Of a stretch of 54,892 bases of DNA, positions 53,922 through 54,892 are shown one piece after another. The notes below the pieces were generated by a model. It worked only from the letters and a program-made list of their open reading frames with translations, ran no database searches and was not told the DNA's origin. The stretch covers positions 1 through 54,892 of the forward strand of contig CAZDAI010000002.1 of the NCBI GenBank assembly GCA_964503545.1, written 5' to 3'. This DNA is from an uncultured Candidatus Sumerlaeota bacterium (lineage in GTDB: Bacteria; Bacillota; SLNR01). The number at the start of each line of letters is the position of its first letter. Positions within the stretch are counted from its first letter, which is position 1. Both the position numbers and the translations under genes were made by a program.

Positions 53922-54892
53922 TGAAGCGTCTGTCATTTCTTCTTCAACAGGATCTGGTGGTAGCATTTCGCAGCCGCTTTCCCCATGCGGTATTGATTGT
54001 GGCTCTGCTGTTTATTGCTTTGATCCTTTTTGTAGCGCCGGAGAATCTTGATTCTGAACCCGGGGGAATCTATTTGGACCAAACAGAAGGCAAGCAGATT
54101 GAGCATTACCTGAGAGCAAATGGTCTACCGGAGGCGCAGCTGGCTAAAGATCGGCAGACACTGCTTAGTGCTGTGGAGCAGAATCAGCAGATTGGGGTCC
54201 TATGGGAAGGCACATTGGCTGAGCCTGTGATTACCATATTCCATCAGGGGAGCGAGTCGGAGTCCACGCTCCAGGTTCTGGAAGCAAGCATGGAGGGATT
54301 GGCGGCGGCAGCTCGGGGACAATCAAATCTAGGCGGTTATCAGCTCGAACAGCTGCGGCCAGCAGCAAAGCGGATTCCTTTCAATCACGGACTGGTACCT
54401 CTGGTGATCGCCTTTGATGTGGTGCTGTTGGGTTTTATGTTTATTGCTGTCATGATTTTTCAGGAAAAACAAGAAGGCAGTATCCGTGCGTTCCGGGTTT
54501 CTCCGGGCCGTACTGGAGAATACATAGCAGCTAAAACCGTCGTGAATATTTTGCTGGGTCTCCTCTACACTGGCCTTTTGATGCTGCTTGTGACAGGGAT
54601 ACCTGAAAACATCATTTTGCTGATTGTCTTGGTTGTGCTCACCAGCCTCCTGATGACCTTGCTGGGACTGTTGCTTAGTGTGTTTTTTGCCAACTTATCC
54701 GAATTCTTGTTTGTGGCTGTTGCGGTGAGCGCATTGTTTACACTGCCGATGATTTCCTATTTTCAGCCATCTTTTGCGCCGACCTATCTGCGCATCATCC
54801 CATCTTACCCTGTCTTGTTCGGGTTGCGGGAGGCATTCTTTGCAACGGGGAACAGCAATCTGATTGTGTCTGCCATCGGGATCCTGGCAATT
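53921..54892 (+). CDS. ABC-2-type permease, 3'-truncated by the window end
   Basis: Not in the ORF track because no stop is reached. ATG 53921 overlaps the upstream TGA by 1 nt. MKRLSFLLQQDLVVAF..., an N-terminal TM helix, a large loop, then multiple TM helices. The frame is open to base 54892. Confidence 0.65.
   Translation, partial: MKRLSFLLQQDLVVAFRSRFPHAVLIVALLFIALILFVAPENLDSEPGGIYLDQTEGKQIEHYLRANGLPEAQLAKDRQTLLSAVEQNQQIGVLWEGTLAEPVITIFHQGSESESTLQVLEASMEGLAAAARGQSNLGGYQLEQLRPAAKRIPFNHGLVPLVIAFDVVLLGFMFIAVMIFQEKQEGSIRAFRVSPGRTGEYIAAKTVVNILLGLLYTGLLMLLVTGIPENIILLIVLVVLTSLLMTLLGLLLSVFFANLSEFLFVAVAVSALFTLPMISYFQPSFAPTYLRIIPSYPVLFGLREAFFATGNSNLIVSAIGILAI

Noticed and set aside
1-54892. Mobile elements, prophage, CRISPR-Cas, tRNA or rRNA genes
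   Set aside because: I recognised no transposase, integrase, phage structural genes, cas genes, repeat-spacer array or tRNA-like cloverleaf in ORFs or intergenic regions. The window looks like a stable chromosomal backbone.

Overview
Gene-dense chromosomal window of about 50 CDS. It reads like a moderately GC-rich Gram-positive anaerobe (Clostridia-like Firmicute): GGAGG-type RBSs, two T-box leaders, a CotH protein and selenocysteine recoding. I saw no rRNA, tRNA, CRISPR array, transposase or integrase. Content is mostly housekeeping or accessory metabolism and DNA repair. Repair genes: recD2, DinB-family, alkA-like, mutM, SRAP, and a mrfA/mrfB-like helicase-exonuclease pair. Other content: a serine-biosynthesis operon, a frlB/frlD-like deglycase-kinase cluster, eda-kdgK, metal transporters (ZIP, P-type ATPase), a PAS-GAF-GGDEF-HD-GYP protein, an orphan histidine kinase, and an ABC-2 exporter cut by the window end. 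Points worth a second look: (1) a peroxiredoxin whose peroxidatic Cys codon is an in-frame UGA followed by a hairpin, so it is a selenoprotein that the ORF track truncated; (2) both T-box leaders (Ser at ~28.9 kb, probably Tyr at ~15.0 kb) carry a second antiterminator/terminator module that has no Stem I of its own; (3) a stand-alone HNH + ParB/DGQHR-like fusion protein, a candidate single-gene nuclease or defence factor; (4) a 161-aa protein built from six 22-residue repeats directly behind the c-di-GMP gene. All domain and family names come from motif recognition by eye. No HMM, BLAST or RNA-folding run was possible, so coordinates of RNA elements and refined start codons are approximate.
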